Assembly: GCA_963700285.1 (NCBI GenBank)
Contig: CAVOXA010000014.1
Coordinates: 352,001 to 416,000, forward strand
DNA: 64,000 nucleotides
Direction: 5' to 3'
Source: an uncultured Chloroflexia bacterium
GTDB lineage: Bacteria > Chloroflexota > Anaerolineae > JAAYZQ01
In this document: positions 1-9,306 of the stretch, piece after piece
How positions within the stretch are numbered: the stretch's first letter is position 1
Layout: every line of letters starts with the position of its first letter
Program-made: the position numbers and the translations under genes
Notes under the pieces: model-generated
What the model was told of the DNA's origin: nothing
Seen by the model: the letters and a program-made list of their open reading frames with translations, nothing else
The model's database searches: none

Positions 1-14
1 CAACAAGTACCCTC

Positions 15-1325
15 TCAGATGAGGGATTCCGAAAGGGCTTGGACAGCACTGGCCGCCTCGGGCACCGGGGGCCTTGCCAGGAACGCGCACAGTGCGCCTG
101 TCACAGCAACGCCCACCATTAGCACAAAGGCCGGCACGTAGCTGCCGCTAGCATCCTTGATGCCGCCCACCAGCAGGGGACTCAGGATCCCCAGGACGGT
201 GCCAACAGGCATGGAAATACCCATGATGGACGCGTAGCTCCTGGTGCCAAAATAGTTGAGGAATGCCGCCGACGTCACGACGATGATGCCACCGTAGCCG
301 ATGCCAAAGAGAAGGACATAGACGTACAGGGCGACCAGGCCCCGGCCAACCATCAGGATCAGGAGACTGACGCCCATGGCCAGGAGCAGGCCGGCGATAA
401 CGTGCCTGGGCTCTACGCGATCGCCCAGCCAGCCAGCAACCAGCCGGCCGATGACGCTGGATCCGGCGACCAGCCCCAGGGCCGAGGCCGCGATCGCCAG
501 GTCCAACCCGGCTTCGCCGGCCAGATAGGCCACCTGGTGGGCCGTGATGGCTTGCAGCAGGAAGAACATGATGCCCGTGGCCAGCGAGATCAACCAGAAG
601 GAGCGCGTCTTGATGGCGTTCCTGGTCTCCCACTGGAGCTTGGTCCGGTAAACGCGGCTGGCTGGCTGGGCGGCAGCAATGGCGGCCTCAGGATCTGGTT
701 CCTGGCTGACGCCATCCGCCTTTTGCCCCAACTCCTCAGGCCTGTTCCTCAGAAACAGGACGGCGACCAGCACCGGCAGCACCATCAGGGCCGCCAGGGC
801 CAGCCAGGCGGAACACCATGAGCCGCTGGTGGTGGCGACTCTGGCGGCCAGGGTCGTGATGGCCAGCCCGCCCACGCCCGCGCCGCTGAGCACCAGTCCC
901 AGGAACGACGAGCGGCGGCGGACGAACCAATTGCCCACGATCTGTTGGACCGGCAGGCTCCCACCCAAGGAGATGCCCGCACCCAGTACAACGATAAATC
1001 CATACAATTGCCAGGCCGTGGTCGTGGAGGACAGCAGGACAAGCCCGGCGGCCACCAGTACAGAGCCGCCCAGGATGGCCAGCCGGGGGCCAAAGCGCAC
1101 CACAAAGGCGCCGACCAGGGGGGCGCCGATACCTGTCGTCAGGGCAAAGACGCTGAAGGCGGCCCCGAAGGCGGCCGCGCTCCAGCCCAGATCTGCGGCC
1201 ATGACGGGGGCGAGAACCGACAGGCTATAGTAGGCGCCTCCAAGGATAAAGTAGACCAGAAAGGCGGAAACGACGATGGCATAGCCATAGAACCCCTTGC
1301 GCCAGGCGAACATGCACGTTCCCAT
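15..1325 (-). CDS. MFS transporter (OFA/MCT-like), paralogue 1
   Basis: About 12 hydrophobic segments; MFS loop motifs (GAFVVRFGPR, GWLGDRVEPR). The start may be the ATG at 1313. Confidence 0.9.
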   Translation of the reverse strand: MGTCMFAWRKGFYGYAIVVSAFLVYFILGGAYYSLSVLAPVMAADLGWSAAAFGAAFSVFALTTGIGAPLVGAFVVRFGPRLAILGGSVLVAAGLVLLSSTTTAWQLYGFIVVLGAGISLGGSLPVQQIVGNWFVRRRSSFLGLVLSGAGVGGLAITTLAARVATTSGSWCSAWLALAALMVLPVLVAVLFLRNRPEELGQKADGVSQEPDPEAAIAAAQPASRVYRTKLQWETRNAIKTRSFWLISLATGIMFFLLQAITAHQVAYLAGEAGLDLAIAASALGLVAGSSVIGRLVAGWLGDRVEPRHVIAGLLLAMGVSLLILMVGRGLVALYVYVLLFGIGYGGIIVVTSAAFLNYFGTRSYASIMGISMPVGTVLGILSPLLVGGIKDASGSYVPAFVLMVGVAVTGALCAFLARPPVPEAASAVQALSESLI

Positions 1326-1386
1326 TCTTCGCGGTGGAGACTCGGACCCTCATGGCGGCAGCCCGGTCCGGACTTGACGGCTATAC

Positions 1387-1458
1387 CATCGCCCGCGATG
1401 CATCATACGGCTGAAAAAGAGCCCCTTCGCCAGAGCGGCGACGACGGGACCCATTATA
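1387..1458 (-). promoter_or_regulatory. Promoter (-10 TATAAT) and palindrome CATCGC-CC-GCGATG upstream of MFS 1
   Basis: attata at 1453-1458 on the plus strand; palindrome at 1387-1400, also present upstream of MFS 2. Confidence 0.5.
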
Positions 1459-1553
1459 CCTCATCAGCTCTGTCTGGCCAAACCGGCGACCCCGTAGCCT
1501 TCTGAGCGATCCCTGTCACAGGGTGCCAATCTATATGTCAGAAACTCGCTTCT

Positions 1554-1598
1554 CGGGAGCCCGTCATCCTTCACTTCGTTCAGGATGACGGGCTCCCG
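1554..1598. repeat. Perfect 17-bp inverted repeat (REP/MITE-like; possible terminator of the DJ-1 gene)
   Basis: cgggagcccgtcatcct-N11-aggatgacgggctcccg; shares the GTCATCCT..AGGATGAC ends with elements at 29603 and 34239. Confidence 0.75.
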
Positions 1599-1619
1599 CT
1601 CAGGTTGCGAGTATCGGCG

Positions 1620-2771
1620 TCACCAGAGTTCCATCCAGCTTCGCCCCCACAGGGGCAGGTCCTCCGTACCCTGACAGGTGAGCAGATTCCCATCGCGGAC
1701 CAGGGCTTCATCCCGGTAGTCAATGCCCGCAGCAACCAGATCATCGCGCATCTCTGGGCTGCAGGTCAGGGTACGGCCCGGCAGTATGCCCGCCGAGAGC
1801 AGGACTTTGGGGCCGCGCTCGATGGCGGCCAGCGGTTTGTTGGCGGCTGCCATCTCCTGGATCAACTTCTTCAGGCCCGGATGCCCCCTGATCATCCACG
1901 TCCCCAATCCACCGGGCACAATGAGACCGTCCAGTTGTGAGGCCCGTACAGCCCGCAGTTTCTCCTCGTAGGGGAAATCGTGCGAGTCCACAGCACCCGT
2001 GTCCGCCAGAGCCCTGTCCACCGTGGCCGTATGCCCGCCGTAGTCGGCCCATTCCCAGGCAGGATTGCCCAGCCGGACCGTCATGCCTTCCCGGCGGCCC
2101 AGCAACAGGGCCGTACCCCCTTCCTCCTGAATGCGATACTGGGGGTAAAAGACCTGCATGTCGTTGGTAGCATCTTCAGCCACGATGCCAAAGGTCTTGC
2201 CCCGCAGGCGCTGGCCGGCCCCATCCGGCACAGGGCGATCCTCGACATCGGCAAATGCCTCAAGGACCAGAGGGCAGAACTGGGGCAGGTCAAAGGGAAA
2301 ACGGGCCGTAACCAGCGTGCCATCACGGACAGCGCGGGCCTCGGGGTCATGCACTGCGCCGGTGTGAATCAAGTCGTCCACCATGCTCCAGGCCGCCACA
2401 GCTTTCCGGCCCCTGAGCAGTCCGGCTGAGATGAGGACCTGCTGGCCGTGGCAGATAGCAGCACAGACCTTGCCCCGGTTGAATAGCTGGCGAACAAAGG
2501 CAATCACCCTGGGATTCTGGCGCAGCTTCTCCGGGGCCAGGCCGCCGGGGATCAGGACGCCGTCAAACTCGGCAGCGTCCGCCTGGTCAATCGTTATGTC
2601 GGCCTGTGTCCAGCCGTGGTTCTCCCCGACATACTCGAGCGCGTTGTTGCCGACGACCACCACCTGGGCCCCGGCTTCGCGCATCCGCAGCCGGCTGTAG
2701 TGAAACTCGACCTCGTTGACGCCGCGCTCCAGCAGCACGGCAACGCGCAATCCATCCAGTTGCGTGGACAT
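1620..2771 (-). CDS. Tandem two-domain DJ-1/PfpI family protein
   Basis: Domain 1: NEVE, IPGG, AAICHG, RDGTLVTAR. Domain 2: VPGG, AAIERG, RDGNLLTC. Confidence 0.9.
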   Translation of the reverse strand: MSTQLDGLRVAVLLERGVNEVEFHYSRLRMREAGAQVVVVGNNALEYVGENHGWTQADITIDQADAAEFDGVLIPGGLAPEKLRQNPRVIAFVRQLFNRGKVCAAICHGQQVLISAGLLRGRKAVAAWSMVDDLIHTGAVHDPEARAVRDGTLVTARFPFDLPQFCPLVLEAFADVEDRPVPDGAGQRLRGKTFGIVAEDATNDMQVFYPQYRIQEEGGTALLLGRREGMTVRLGNPAWEWADYGGHTATVDRALADTGAVDSHDFPYEEKLRAVRASQLDGLIVPGGLGTWMIRGHPGLKKLIQEMAAANKPLAAIERGPKVLLSAGILPGRTLTCSPEMRDDLVAAGIDYRDEALVRDGNLLTCQGTEDLPLWGRSWMELW

Positions 2772-2913
2772 CGTTTCTCCTATTCGGGTGAACCCCTCTC
2801 ACCATTGATATGAGCCGCGGGCACTGTTCAAGAGGCCAATCTACCTTCTCGCTGACCATACCGGGACCTTGCATTATGTTCACTGAGTGGCCAGCGGCAG
2901 GCTTGCTCACCCA

Positions 2914-4218
2914 TCAGGCAAGAGGCTCCAAGGCCACCAGGGCGGCATCGGCGGCATGGGACACGGGAGGCTTGGCCAACAAGGCGCACAGAGAACCTGC
3001 GACAGCAATACCTACCATCAGCACAAAAGCCGGCAGGTAGCTGCCGCTGGCATCCTTGATCCCGCCAACCAGCACGGGGCTCAGTACGGCCAGGACGTTC
3101 CCAGCGGGCATAGAGATGCCCATGATGGCCGCGTAGCGCTTTGAGCCAAAGTAGTTGAGAAATATCGCCGCCGGCAGGACAACCATACCACCGTAGCCGA
3201 TGCCAAAGAGCACCACGTAGATGTACAGGGCGACCAATCCCTGCCCCGCCATCAGGATCAGGAGGCTGAGGCCCATTGTGAGAAGCAAGCCGGCCATCAC
3301 GTACCTGGGCTCCACGCGATCCCCTAACCAGCCAGCGGCGAGCCGGCCTATCACGCTAGAGCCCGCGATCAAACCCAGTGCCGATGCCGCGACTGCGAGG
3401 TCCATACCGGCCTCACCGGCCAGATAAGCCACCTGGTGCGCGGTCATCGCCTGCAGAAGGAAGAACATGACCCCACCAGCCAGCGAGATCAGCCAGAAGG
3501 CTGGGGTTCTGAGGGCAGTCCCGGTTTCCCACTGCCCTTCAGTCTGGTAGACGCAGTTGGCCGGCCGCTGGGCCGCGACGCCAGTCTTGAAGTCCGGTTC
3601 TTGGTTGGCACCGTCCGGCCTCTGCCCTAGCTCCTCCGGTCCGTTCCTCAGCAACAACAGGGACAACAGCACCGGCAGCACCATCAGAAGCGCCAAGGCC
3701 AGCCAGCTTGTGCGCCACGAGCCGGTAGCGCTGACCAGGCCGGCGGCCAGCGTCGTGATGACCAGCCCGCCCAGACCCGCCCCGCTGAGCACCAGGCCCA
3801 GGAACAGCGAGCGGCGGAGCACGAACCAATTGCCCACGAGCTGTTGGGCCGGCAGGCGTGCGCCCAGGGTGACACCCGTTCCCAGCAGAAAGATGAACGT
3901 ATAAAACTGCCAGGTCCTGGTCGTGGTGGACAGAAGGACAAAGGAGCTGGCCACCAGGACAGAGCCGCCCAGAATCGCCAGGCGAGGGCCAAAACGAACT
4001 ACAAAGGCCCCCGCCAGGGGAGCGGTTATCCCGCTAACCAGGGCAAAAACGCTGAAGGCGGCCCCAAAGGCGCTAGCGCTCCAACCCAGGTCTTCAGCCA
4101 TAACCGGCGCAAACACCGCCAGGCCATAGTAGACGCCCCCCAAAACAGCAAAGATCAGAAAGGCCGATACGGCGATCGCATAGCCATAGAATCCCCGGCG
4201 CCAGGCCAGCATAAACAC
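2914..4218 (-). CDS. MFS transporter, paralogue 2
   Basis: Collinear with and highly similar to 15..1325 over its whole length. Confidence 0.9.
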   Translation of the reverse strand: MFMLAWRRGFYGYAIAVSAFLIFAVLGGVYYGLAVFAPVMAEDLGWSASAFGAAFSVFALVSGITAPLAGAFVVRFGPRLAILGGSVLVASSFVLLSTTTRTWQFYTFIFLLGTGVTLGARLPAQQLVGNWFVLRRSLFLGLVLSGAGLGGLVITTLAAGLVSATGSWRTSWLALALLMVLPVLLSLLLLRNGPEELGQRPDGANQEPDFKTGVAAQRPANCVYQTEGQWETGTALRTPAFWLISLAGGVMFFLLQAMTAHQVAYLAGEAGMDLAVAASALGLIAGSSVIGRLAAGWLGDRVEPRYVMAGLLLTMGLSLLILMAGQGLVALYIYVVLFGIGYGGMVVLPAAIFLNYFGSKRYAAIMGISMPAGNVLAVLSPVLVGGIKDASGSYLPAFVLMVGIAVAGSLCALLAKPPVSHAADAALVALEPLA

Positions 4219-4261
4219 TCTCCCTGCACGGCGATGCTCCGGACCGGAGCTTCCGGCTTTG

Positions 4262-4335
4262 CCATCGCCCGCGATGGAACCTGATGATGATTGAGAGCCC
4301 GTCGGCCTTGTTGGCGGCGGCTGGATCCCATTGTA
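4262..4335 (-). promoter_or_regulatory. Promoter (-10 TACAAT) and palindrome CCATCGC-CC-GCGATGG upstream of MFS 2
   Basis: attgta at 4330-4335 on the plus strand; palindrome at 4262-4277. Confidence 0.5.
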
Positions 4336-4516
4336 TCATGGTAGCCAGCGTGGCGTCAAAGCGCAGGGGGATTCAAACGATCTCAGTCAGGACAGAGGCA
4401 CAGAAGGGTCCTCGCCTGGCCGCGTGCTAGGTGACCCGGAGCACACACGTCTTTGCGCACAAGGATTTCTCGTCTGGTTCGGCTGAGACCTTCGCCGATG
4501 AGTATTTTCGGCCAGG

Positions 4517-5230
4517 TCAGGTGCGGGGTTGGCCCAGGTGCTTCGCCAGGGAAGCGGCGATGTATTCGGCGTCTTGCTCAATTCCGTAAGCGATGCCAGA
4601 CTTGCGGCTACGGAGCCAAGGGAATCCGATGTAGTACAAGCCAGGCACCGGCGCAACTCCTTGCTCATGGAGCGGGTTTCCTGCTGAGTCAAAGGCCGGC
4701 AGGTGCATCCAACTGAAATCCCCACCAAACCCTGTCGCCCAGATGACCGTACTGACCTCTGCGGCGCCAAGATTCAGCCGGTGCAACGGCGAGACGCAGG
4801 CAGCCTCAGGGTCAGGCGCGTCCGCCGGATCATCCTCGAGGGGCGGCCGAGGGATACCCGCCCGTGCCAAGTAGGCATCGATGCCGTCCTTTCCCCGCTG
4901 CGAAAATTCATCGGCAGACCGCACGTTGGCGGCCGCATCATCGCCCCAGGACAAATGTTCCTGCATTTATGTCCAGCAAGCGACCCAGAATCACAGCCCC
5001 CTGGCGCCCAAGCCCCGACGTTTGTGGCACGGCGGCGCGGGCGATCGACTTGCCCTCCAGGCTGGCGTAGGACACATCGAGAAACTTCATTTCAGCCCAC
5101 CATTCCAGAATATCCCGTCCGCGATAGCGGCGAGGTACACGCCCAAATCTACTGGTGCTCAGATGCACGGCCCTGTCAGACAACAGCAGCTCCTCGGCAA
5201 TCTGGCAACCCGATTGTGCGCTTCCGACGC
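4517..5230 (-). pseudogene. Flavin-dependent monooxygenase/oxidoreductase remnant (C-terminal half, frameshifted)
   Basis: VGSAQSGCQIAEEL...RVPRRYRGRDI in one frame, VIWATGF...PGLYYIG in another; the N-terminal FAD-binding part is missing. Confidence 0.75.
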
Positions 5231-5379
5231 GGGCATGGATGTAGCTTTGGGAACGAGTATTTCTGGCATGCTGGAACGCTGGAAGGGTGGGGTTATCGAT
5301 GGAAGAGGGCAATCCCTCGAACTGGGCTGCATCCGCCGCCGTCATTGCCATCTGGCTGGTAGCTGCAGTCGCGATCATA

Positions 5380-5545
5380 TTCATCGTTGCCTATGACAAC
5401 GTGGGGATCTGGCCCGGTCTGATCGCGGCTGCCGCCCTACTGATCGACTATGTGCTCACCGTGGCTGTGAGCATCACGACGGGAGTCGCTGCCTTCACGT
5501 CGACCTTTCCGGCACTGCTCCCCTTCCGGGTGAAGCTCTGTCGGG
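5380..5545 (+). pseudogene. APC family (KimA/YdaO-like) permease internal fragment
   Basis: GLIAAAALLIDYVLTVAVSITTGVAAFTSTFP matches the APC signature; only about 55 codons remain. Confidence 0.7.
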
Positions 5546-6173
5546 ATACCTTGGCGAATCGGATGCTGAACACACGGCCCGGGTATGAGACAGCCTGATC
5601 ATGTCATACGTCGGCCCCATGTATCGCCGAGTCCTGACGGCGGAGATGGCACATCTCCCCTTGCGGTTGCAGGGGATGTGCTGGGTAATCTGCACGGGGG
5701 TATACAGGGGCAGTCAGATCCTCACCGCCCTCAGTTCGTGCCACTGCTCTGGGGCGAGATAATTGGTGCAGGGCATCAGCGGCCATGGTGCCCTCATGGC
5801 CGACGCCGGATTTCCCTACAGGGCCGAAGCCCAGAACAGCTAGCCACACTGGGCAGCGTGCCTCGATGCTTGTGAAGACCTCGAGGGCAGCAGCGAGACA
5901 GCAGATCATTGAGGCGGGCTCTTCTCCCAGTCAGCCGGCCCGGTAGGTTCCTGCGTGCCGGAAAGGGTCATGGGCAAGGTACGCTCCATCCATACTTCTG
6001 ACCGAGGGACCGTTCATTTGGCTGAGCCTCTGTTCATTCTCCGCGTAGGTGTCGCCCACCACGCTGGTCATGAGCGAAGTGAAGGCATCTGGTTCCTCGA
6101 ACAACAGAACCCAGTCGGCATTTCTGTGACCTCCGATCATGGCTTCCTCTATTGGCCGATTGCCAACATTATG

Positions 6174-6809
6174 TCATGTAGGCCTCCTGGCAGCGCCAGT
6201 TCGCAGCCCCTGCCTCCGCACAGGGACAGATGGCAAGGCCTTGACTCCCTTCCTGTCCAAGACGAGATGCACGGCTCTCTCCTCGACGCGCTCGATCTCT
6301 GTAATGGGAATCGCCACCTCTTCTTGGTCCCACAGATGTCCGCCCAAGAGTACCAGGTGGGTAATGTTTCCGCTGGCTGGATCGATCACAAATTCCTCGA
6401 CATGGCCTACGGTCCCGTCGGTAGCAATCACCTGGGTTCCGCGGCGTACGGCGAGTTCGCGGGGCGGGATGGACTTGTGTTTCACCCTCACCCACTTTGG
6501 AACCACGTAGGGATGCATCAGGCACTCGTAGGACTTGTCATCCACATCTGGCATGTCGGCCCGCACAAACTCGGTCAGCGAAAGAGGCCGCATCTCGGAG
6601 AGCTGGCGCCAGCTACAACACAGATGGATCAGGTCATCGGCAGTATCAGTGACATACCTGATGGGGACCAGGCGCTCGATGTGCGGTGACTGCCGCTCCT
6701 TCACAACCACATGCGTTATCTTGTTGTTCGTCGGGTCAATGATCACCAGCGTCGAGTGACCAGCAGGACCATCGGCACATTGTACTTTGGCTTTCATCGG
6801 AATATCCAT
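6174..6809 (-). CDS. PRC-barrel domain protein (two barrels)
   Basis: Two repeats of the type V.ATDG.VG.V....DP....ITHLV. Confidence 0.8.
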   Translation of the reverse strand: MDIPMKAKVQCADGPAGHSTLVIIDPTNNKITHVVVKERQSPHIERLVPIRYVTDTADDLIHLCCSWRQLSEMRPLSLTEFVRADMPDVDDKSYECLMHPYVVPKWVRVKHKSIPPRELAVRRGTQVIATDGTVGHVEEFVIDPASGNITHLVLLGGHLWDQEEVAIPITEIERVEERAVHLVLDRKGVKALPSVPVRRQGLRTGAARRPT

Positions 6810-7383
6810 CTGCTATTCTCTCCCCTCACTGGAGACTGGCTCATCTCAGGGCCCCATCACTACGACGGAGATCCCATTGGCCCTAATCTCCTGCTCCAGA
6901 CATCTTTGGGCGAATACTCTGCTCCCTCATCGACATCGTACGCCCAACCCAGCGCAAAAGCGTGAATGCTGCTCACTCCTCGCGCCCATTGGCAGGTCCT
7001 TCTCTGTCACCGCCTGCCAAAGCCGAATTGGACTGTTGGCGATTCTCTCCCGTATTGTTCGTGTAACCGACGCCACTACAACGCGCATCGGCAGGAGGAC
7101 CGATTCCTCATAGGACATTTGACCTACCCGGGCAGGGGTAGAATGAGTACGGGTGGCGCCTCTGGCCCAAGGGTGGCAGGCCGGGCCAAGCAAAGGAGGG
7201 CTCCGTACAGGACTCCCCGAATACTCGGACCATCGCCTGCGCAGGTGTGGTATGCATCTGCTGTCTCCTGGTAGACGTTTGCGTCTGGGTGCGCGCCAAC
7301 CACACCCAGCGGCTGACTGGGGGCAGTTGGCGCGACGGCAGTACCGAACTTGATACAGCTAGTTTTGGATTGGCAGGAACTGA

Positions 7384-8601
7384 CTAGCGCCTGCGTCGCC
7401 GAGCTCGAACCTGCAAGGCAGCGTAACTTGCCAGGGCCAGCCCCGAGCTTGCCAGCAATCCCAAGGTCGAGGCCTCAGGTACTACCGGTGGCGGTGGCGC
7501 CGGCACTGGTGTTGACGTCGGGGTGGCCGTACTGGTAGGCGTCGAGGTTGCGGTGGCCGTGGGTGTTGGCGTGGGCGTATACGTCGGCGTCGGCGGTGGT
7601 TCCTCGATCCTCATCCTTCGTCCTGTGGCCAGCAGAATGCCGCTGGCCGGGCGCCAGCTCGGATCCCGAGGATCGACGGCAGATTCTACCTGGAGGCAGA
7701 CCCAGGTGTGGCCGGCCGGTATGGTCACCTGGTTGGTATAGTCATCCCATTGGGGGTCGTCGAAGGAGCCAAAGGGGTAGTCGGGCGGGCCCTGGATCCG
7801 GATGCCAATGACCGGGCCATCTGTTGGGGCATTGACCAGGTCGGTCGGAATCGGATCGGCGTCGGTCCCTGACAGGTACCACAGGGCATTGGGCCGTGGT
7901 TCCTCCTCACCCAGCCGGACGATTTCGGCCGCGAACATGGAGAACTCCATCTGGCGCTCGAAGGGTTGCTCCGTCATGACAACGCAGTTTGCCGCCGTCT
8001 CACCCTGTGGCCCTTCTCCCCAGCCGCGGTAGAAACGGTCCAGGCCATCTCTGATCACCACCTCGCGCACCGGAAGGCTGGGATCTTGATAGACTACCAT
8101 TAGCCCTGCTCCGTCACGCCGTACCATGGACCCGCCAAAATCGGACACCAAGTAAGTATCCTGTCCCGGTCTGATCAGCGACGTAACCTCGGCGACGTAG
8201 ACATAGTAATAGTAATCATCAGCCCAGGGCTTGGGCCCATGGGTGCCGGTATCCGGATCTGCGACCAAGGTCAAGGAGGCGCCGTCGCTACTCCGGACGA
8301 GGGTGACCGTATCATCTCCACCACCAAGTGGAGCGTAGCCAGACCAGTAGAGATAGGCAACCTGGACGGCGGTACCAGGAACGTAGATCTCGATCTCCCC
8401 CGGGCCGGGCCTGAAGCCGCGGTGCATGCCCCGGCCCGCAGCGACGATGCCCCAGCTTCCCTGTCCAGAGAACCGTTCCTGGAGGACCTCCTCGATGTCA
8501 TCCGCCAAAGACAACTGGGGAAGCACCAGCATGCCCAGCATAAGCGCGGTAAGGGCCCACAAGCCCCACCTGCCGCGTACGTGTCCATGCACTCCTCGCA
8601 T
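7384..8601 (-). CDS. Secreted protein with Pro/Thr linker and PEP-CTERM-like sorting signal (VPEAST-TM-RRRRR)
   Basis: Signal peptide, AYLYWSG motif, PT-rich linker, C-terminus VVPEASTLGLLASSGLALASYAALQVRARRRRR. Confidence 0.8.
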   Translation of the reverse strand: MRGVHGHVRGRWGLWALTALMLGMLVLPQLSLADDIEEVLQERFSGQGSWGIVAAGRGMHRGFRPGPGEIEIYVPGTAVQVAYLYWSGYAPLGGGDDTVTLVRSSDGASLTLVADPDTGTHGPKPWADDYYYYVYVAEVTSLIRPGQDTYLVSDFGGSMVRRDGAGLMVVYQDPSLPVREVVIRDGLDRFYRGWGEGPQGETAANCVVMTEQPFERQMEFSMFAAEIVRLGEEEPRPNALWYLSGTDADPIPTDLVNAPTDGPVIGIRIQGPPDYPFGSFDDPQWDDYTNQVTIPAGHTWVCLQVESAVDPRDPSWRPASGILLATGRRMRIEEPPPTPTYTPTPTPTATATSTPTSTATPTSTPVPAPPPPVVPEASTLGLLASSGLALASYAALQVRARRRRR

Positions 8602-8942
8602 GCCACACTCCTTTCATGATCCAGAGAATTCCCGTCCACGTGACCCTCGGAACGGCTGCCTTTCGATCATGTCCTCAAGGCCCACTGACCAGAGAGCTGC
8701 TCTAATGCTGATCATTATACACGAGATCTCGCAACAGTGCAATCTCCTCGCTCCATTATGGTACAGCCGCCAGTTAGGGAAGCTTGTACTTACGATGCCC
8801 CCAACGTTCGGGCCGTCCTCAACGGCCAGGACACCAGCAGCCAGCTCGTCTGTACCCATGGATCTTTCACAGAACAGGTATAGGCTTTTCCCTGCTCAAG
8901 CCCAGTCCATTAACAAAAAGTTTCTGTCTGTTTCAAACCAAT

Positions 8943-8965
8943 GGAACCGGTCACGGACCGGTTCC
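8943..8965. promoter_or_regulatory. Palindrome GGAACCGGTC-ACG-GACCGGTTCC in a divergent intergenic region
   Basis: Perfect 10-bp arms; the core GGTCACGGACC recurs at 22547 and 58877. Confidence 0.5.
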
Positions 8966-9205
8966 GAGCCAAGGGGAAGACTGGGGGAAAGGCAAAGACC
9001 AGCAGTTCGACCTCGGAGGTCTCGAGCAGGCCTCCGAGGTCTGATGGCGAGAACCATGCAACGAATGCGAGCCTCAGGTATCCCAACCCAAACCGCCCGC
9101 ACCAACGAACGGCCGGCCCCCTGCCGAACCTGACAGCGAACGCGCCCATCCCGCCTGACGTCGCCCGCATTGCCAAGTGTCTTGCGCAACCCGCCCAATC
9201 CCCCT

Positions 9206-9234
9206 TTGCCCCCTACAGTCTGCAATGGTATAAT
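9206..9234 (+). promoter_or_regulatory. Sigma70-type promoter of the kinase gene
   Basis: TTGCCC-17 bp-TATAAT with extended -10 TG; supports the start at 9307. Confidence 0.65.
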
Positions 9235-9306
9235 CAGTACACCGGCACAGACTGGTCCGATCTCATTCCAGACGGGTCCAACTTGAGGGATCAGGATTCG
9301 GAGCAT

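Noticed and set aside
7490-7600. Low-complexity GGCGT/GGTGT repeats
   Set aside because: Simply encodes the Pro/Thr linker of the secreted protein.
8941-9306. 122-aa N-terminal extension of the kinase ORF
   Set aside because: Contains a good promoter and a palindrome; the RBS and Zn ribbon point to the ATG at 9307.
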